64,000 nucleotides of DNA from Hemiscyllium ocellatum (lineage: Eukaryota): NCBI RefSeq assembly GCF_020745735.1, contig NC_083412.1, positions 35,777,181 through 35,841,180 of the forward strand. Direction: 5' to 3'. The translations under genes were made by a program, and so were the position numbers. The first letter of the stretch is position 1. The number at the start of each line of letters is the position of its first letter. This document shows positions 61,000-64,000 of the stretch, in pieces. The notes below the pieces were generated by a model. That model saw nothing but the letters and a program-made list of their open reading frames with translations. It did not search any database and was not told the origin of the DNA.

Positions 61000-62790
61000 A
61001 TGGGAGGGCATAGATTAGATCAGTCCAATCGAATGGACACTAGAGACTGCCATACTTCCTCCTTCGAGGAGGAGGAAGTAAGGGTAGGCAACCGCTCCTC
61101 CTCACCTTCATTTGGACGGAGAAGAAGCATTTTTTGGAGGGAACCGATGTTGTCAATGGAAGTCATTAGCTTGGCAATAATATGTTTAACAATAGCAATG
61201 CCAGCAAAGAGACAAATTAAAATAATACCAATTTGAGGAAGGTGCAGATGTTATCCACATGCTTGATAACGTTCTTGATGAGGTCAGTAACCCCTAGTAT
61301 ACACTTGCCCTTTACTATGGCACAAACCCTACACTCTTTGGCAAGTAGGTAGTCGAGGGTGTACCGGTTTTGCTGGGAAAATAGATGTAATTCTGAGACC
61401 ATGTCCTTAACTCCTGCTAAGGCCAAGGCCGTCTCATTGCCCAAAAGGATGAGACACAAATAAGATAGTTTCAGTTTTGATGGCTAATAATTCCAGCAGA
61501 TCTTCCTAGGCAAAGGTAGCCCACAGACTGAGCTTTACTGCTGCCCAAAGCCTTAGCACACGTCCAATGCACACAGAATTTAGATGAAACTGAATGTTTG
61601 GTAGGGAAACCCCAACTCCATTCCCAGGTAGTTGAACAGGGAAGAATAGTCGGGAAAAGCTCTGACAGCTACAGCATGGGGGTATCTATTTCATCAAGAA
61701 CAAGGAAGTTGGTCGCTCTGCCTTGGCTGAAAAATAATAACCGGGTTTAGTATAAATAATGGAGGGAGCTTTCCAATAGGAAGAAAGCCTATCTTTGTGA
61801 CTACCTCAAACGTATGGGTAATCCATGTCTACAAAGTATGGTTGCTCTGGGTGCTTAGCGTGGAAGCTGTTCAATAAAAAGAGGTGGGTCTTTCGGTAAG
61901 AGATGCAGTTATTGTCCCAGACTGGTTCCTTCCATCCCACAATTGGGAAGATGGAGGTGCCCTTAGGGGTCTCAGTGAAATTGGGTGCCATTACCCATAC
62001 CACAAAGGGCCTGAATACCAGCAATTACAGAGACACACTCCTCCAGTCGGCATGCACATGAGCTGCGAGGCCCCACGGGGAGTAGTAGCGGTTGGTACAT
62101 TTGACTAAGGCACATGGAATAGTTTTAGCTACATTCACGTAAGTACATCCCCATCCCGTAATAATTGGGATAGGCTACCCCAGACATGTTAGAGGAAATC
62201 CCAAGCAACTAGCAGGTGGGGATAAGTAATAGTCCAAAGAGACATTATGTCCGGTAAACGCCTTAGAAATATTCCATACTCTGTTGTTGGGATTTGGGAG
62301 GAGGAAAGGGGTCAAAAGACTCCTTTCCTGATGTGAGGGCATAACAGACCACTTCATCATGGCTGAATATTTTATTGTGACTTTGAAGAAACAAATTGTT
62401 AGTGAAGGATGACATTTCCCCCTTTTCTCTTTAGCAATGTGCCAATTTAGACCTCTGTGAATAGGGGCAATGCTTACCAGGGCCGTCCATAGCACAACTG
62501 AAATTAAACTGGCATAAAACACCTTGACAGGGTAAAGACCATTGAGACTTGTTCTGTAAATGAAGTGTCCAATCTTGATGCAGTTGACCGTTGTGGCAAT
62601 TTATTTTGGTAACATTCCATGCATCAAAGGAATCAGTCTCTCGGCACACAAGGACATCTTTTCGGCATAAATGGTACACAGTCTCTGGTTGCTCAGGATC
62701 ACACGGGTAAACAGTCCCTTCTTGAGTACCAATGCCGGCGATGACGAGTTCATATAGCAGGTTAAATTTGATCCCCATCATAATGGTCAT
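61000..62790 (-). pseudogene. env: endogenous retrovirus env remnant
   Basis: TM heptad plus immunosuppressive-like domain SQQNRYTLDYLLAKECRVCAIVKGKC (61217-61459), then a hydrophobic segment; signal-peptide-like, Cys-rich N-terminus (62431-62790); frameshifted. Confidence 0.8.
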
Positions 62791-62899
62791 TTCTGGATCA
62801 AGGATTAGGATATCTAAAACAGAAGAAGAATTACTATTCGAAATATGCAGCTATATCTTAGTAGTCTGGCTTGATTCCAGTTCCTCTCTCAGTTCCCCA

Positions 62900-63340
62900 T
62901 CGTCTTCATCTCCATCATCTCCCCCCTTGAAAGGGCTTGTGCAATGACCTTGCAATGATGGAGGTGAACCCAGGTGGAGCGGTCTGCGACCTTAACTGCA
63001 GTTGGGGTGGTGAGGAGGACTTGAAAGGGCTTCTCCCATTGAGGTTGGAGACCGCAGTGTGTCCAATTCTTGATGAGAACGAAGGAGCCTCATTCAACAG
63101 TTGGAACACTGTTGAGGGAGGGGAGCTTCTCATGATCGGCATGGACTTGGGAGTGAAGACCTCGCAAAATATTAGTCAAGGAAAGAACATAGGACGACAT
63201 GTCTTCAGCCATGTGGTGCAAGTGAATACGGGAGGAGGCATCATTCCAAGGCATGTGGAAAGCTCGACTCTAGACAATTTCAGCTGGGTACAAGCGGGTC
63301 TTACCCATAAGAATGTATCGTAGGTGGAACAATACCATCC
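62900..63340 (-). pseudogene. pol: endogenous retrovirus pol integrase C-terminal remnant
   Basis: Hand translation LQPQWEKPFQVLLTTPTAVKVADRSTWVHLHHCK matches the GPY/F-module pattern of gamma/epsilon-like integrases; in-frame stop upstream. Confidence 0.8.
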
Positions 63341-63344
63341 GAAC

Positions 63345-63616
63345 CCAGACCCATGCCCCTATCCTATCCCCATTTCCCATTGGCAAATACAGCCAGTCTA
63401 CACTTGCCTGAACACAATGAGTAATTTAGCATGGCCACTCACCTAACCTGCACATCTTTGAACTGTGGGAGGAAATCGGAGCACCTAGAGGAAACCCATA
63501 CAGACATTGGGAGAATGTGTAAATTCCACAGATACAGTCACCCAAGGGTGGAATCAAACCCAGGTCTCTGGTGCTGTGAGTCAACAGTGCTGCCCACTGA
63601 ACCACCGTACTGCCCT
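63345..63616 (-). mobile_element. HE1-type SINE abutting the truncated ERV
   Basis: tttagcatggccactcacctaacctgcacatctttg...gtgctgcccactgaaccaccgt. Confidence 0.8.
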
Positions 63617-64000
63617 ATGGCAAATATGTCACTAATTTGTACAAGACATAATTCAATGTGTACATATATATGTATACGGTTTTAATTTATGGGTGAGTGT
63701 GGATTACTATAATTTAATTAACATTATTGAACTTAGAAGAACATGGGAAATGGAAAATCTGTTGGGAAAATATGGCAAGAGTGCAAATTAGATTCCTGAC
63801 ATTTAAAATTCCAGTTTTTCCATGCAAGGTTTTAACAGCTAGATGAGAATTTTTAGAAATTATTTTTATTCATTTGTGGGACTTGGGTGTCGCTGGCTGG
63901 TCAGCATTGATAGCCCATCCCTATTAGCCCTTGAGAAGGTGGTGGTGAGCTGCCTTCTTGAATCGCTGCAGTCCATTTGCTGTGGGTTGACCGACAGTGC

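Noticed and set aside
48131-64000. Search for exons 2-5 of the SOD1-like paralog (HGFH, HVGDLGN, LACG motifs)
   Set aside because: No convincing match by eye; e.g. catggttcatct at ~48964 is out of frame and the acceptor near 52767 hits a stop. Highly diverged exons could have been missed.
1-64000. CRISPR arrays, rRNA genes, prokaryotic-type operons
   Set aside because: None seen; the window is intron-containing eukaryotic DNA and its recurring motifs are dispersed transposon copies, not spaced arrays.

Overview
Repeat-rich vertebrate genomic DNA, almost certainly from a cartilaginous fish (inferred from the SOD1 sequence and HE1-type SINEs). The one complete gene is Cu/Zn superoxide dismutase SOD1 on the + strand. 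It has 5 coding exons (19567-19641, 30312-30405, 33110-33179, 37992-38109, 42294-42413; 158 aa), all metal ligands and both disulfide cysteines intact, and an NRF1/GC-box promoter. About 5.6 kb past its stop codon lies an isolated, divergent second SOD1-type first exon (48062-48130). It has its own Kozak ATG, a GTGAGT donor at the same position and local CpG enrichment, so it is a candidate tandem SOD1 paralog whose other exons I could not find in this window. A CpG-rich promoter of an unidentified, probably minus-strand gene sits at ~700-950. The rest is transposon-derived: many CR1 LINE fragments, one near full-length CR1 with an intact esterase ORF1, HE1-type SINEs, a TA-flanked MITE, a Penelope-like remnant, a 5'-truncated class I endogenous retrovirus (integrase end, env, 3' LTR), and numerous short fold-back inserts with long target-site duplications (TSDs) built around minimal hammerhead-ribozyme cores. 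Repeat boundaries were read by eye and are approximate.
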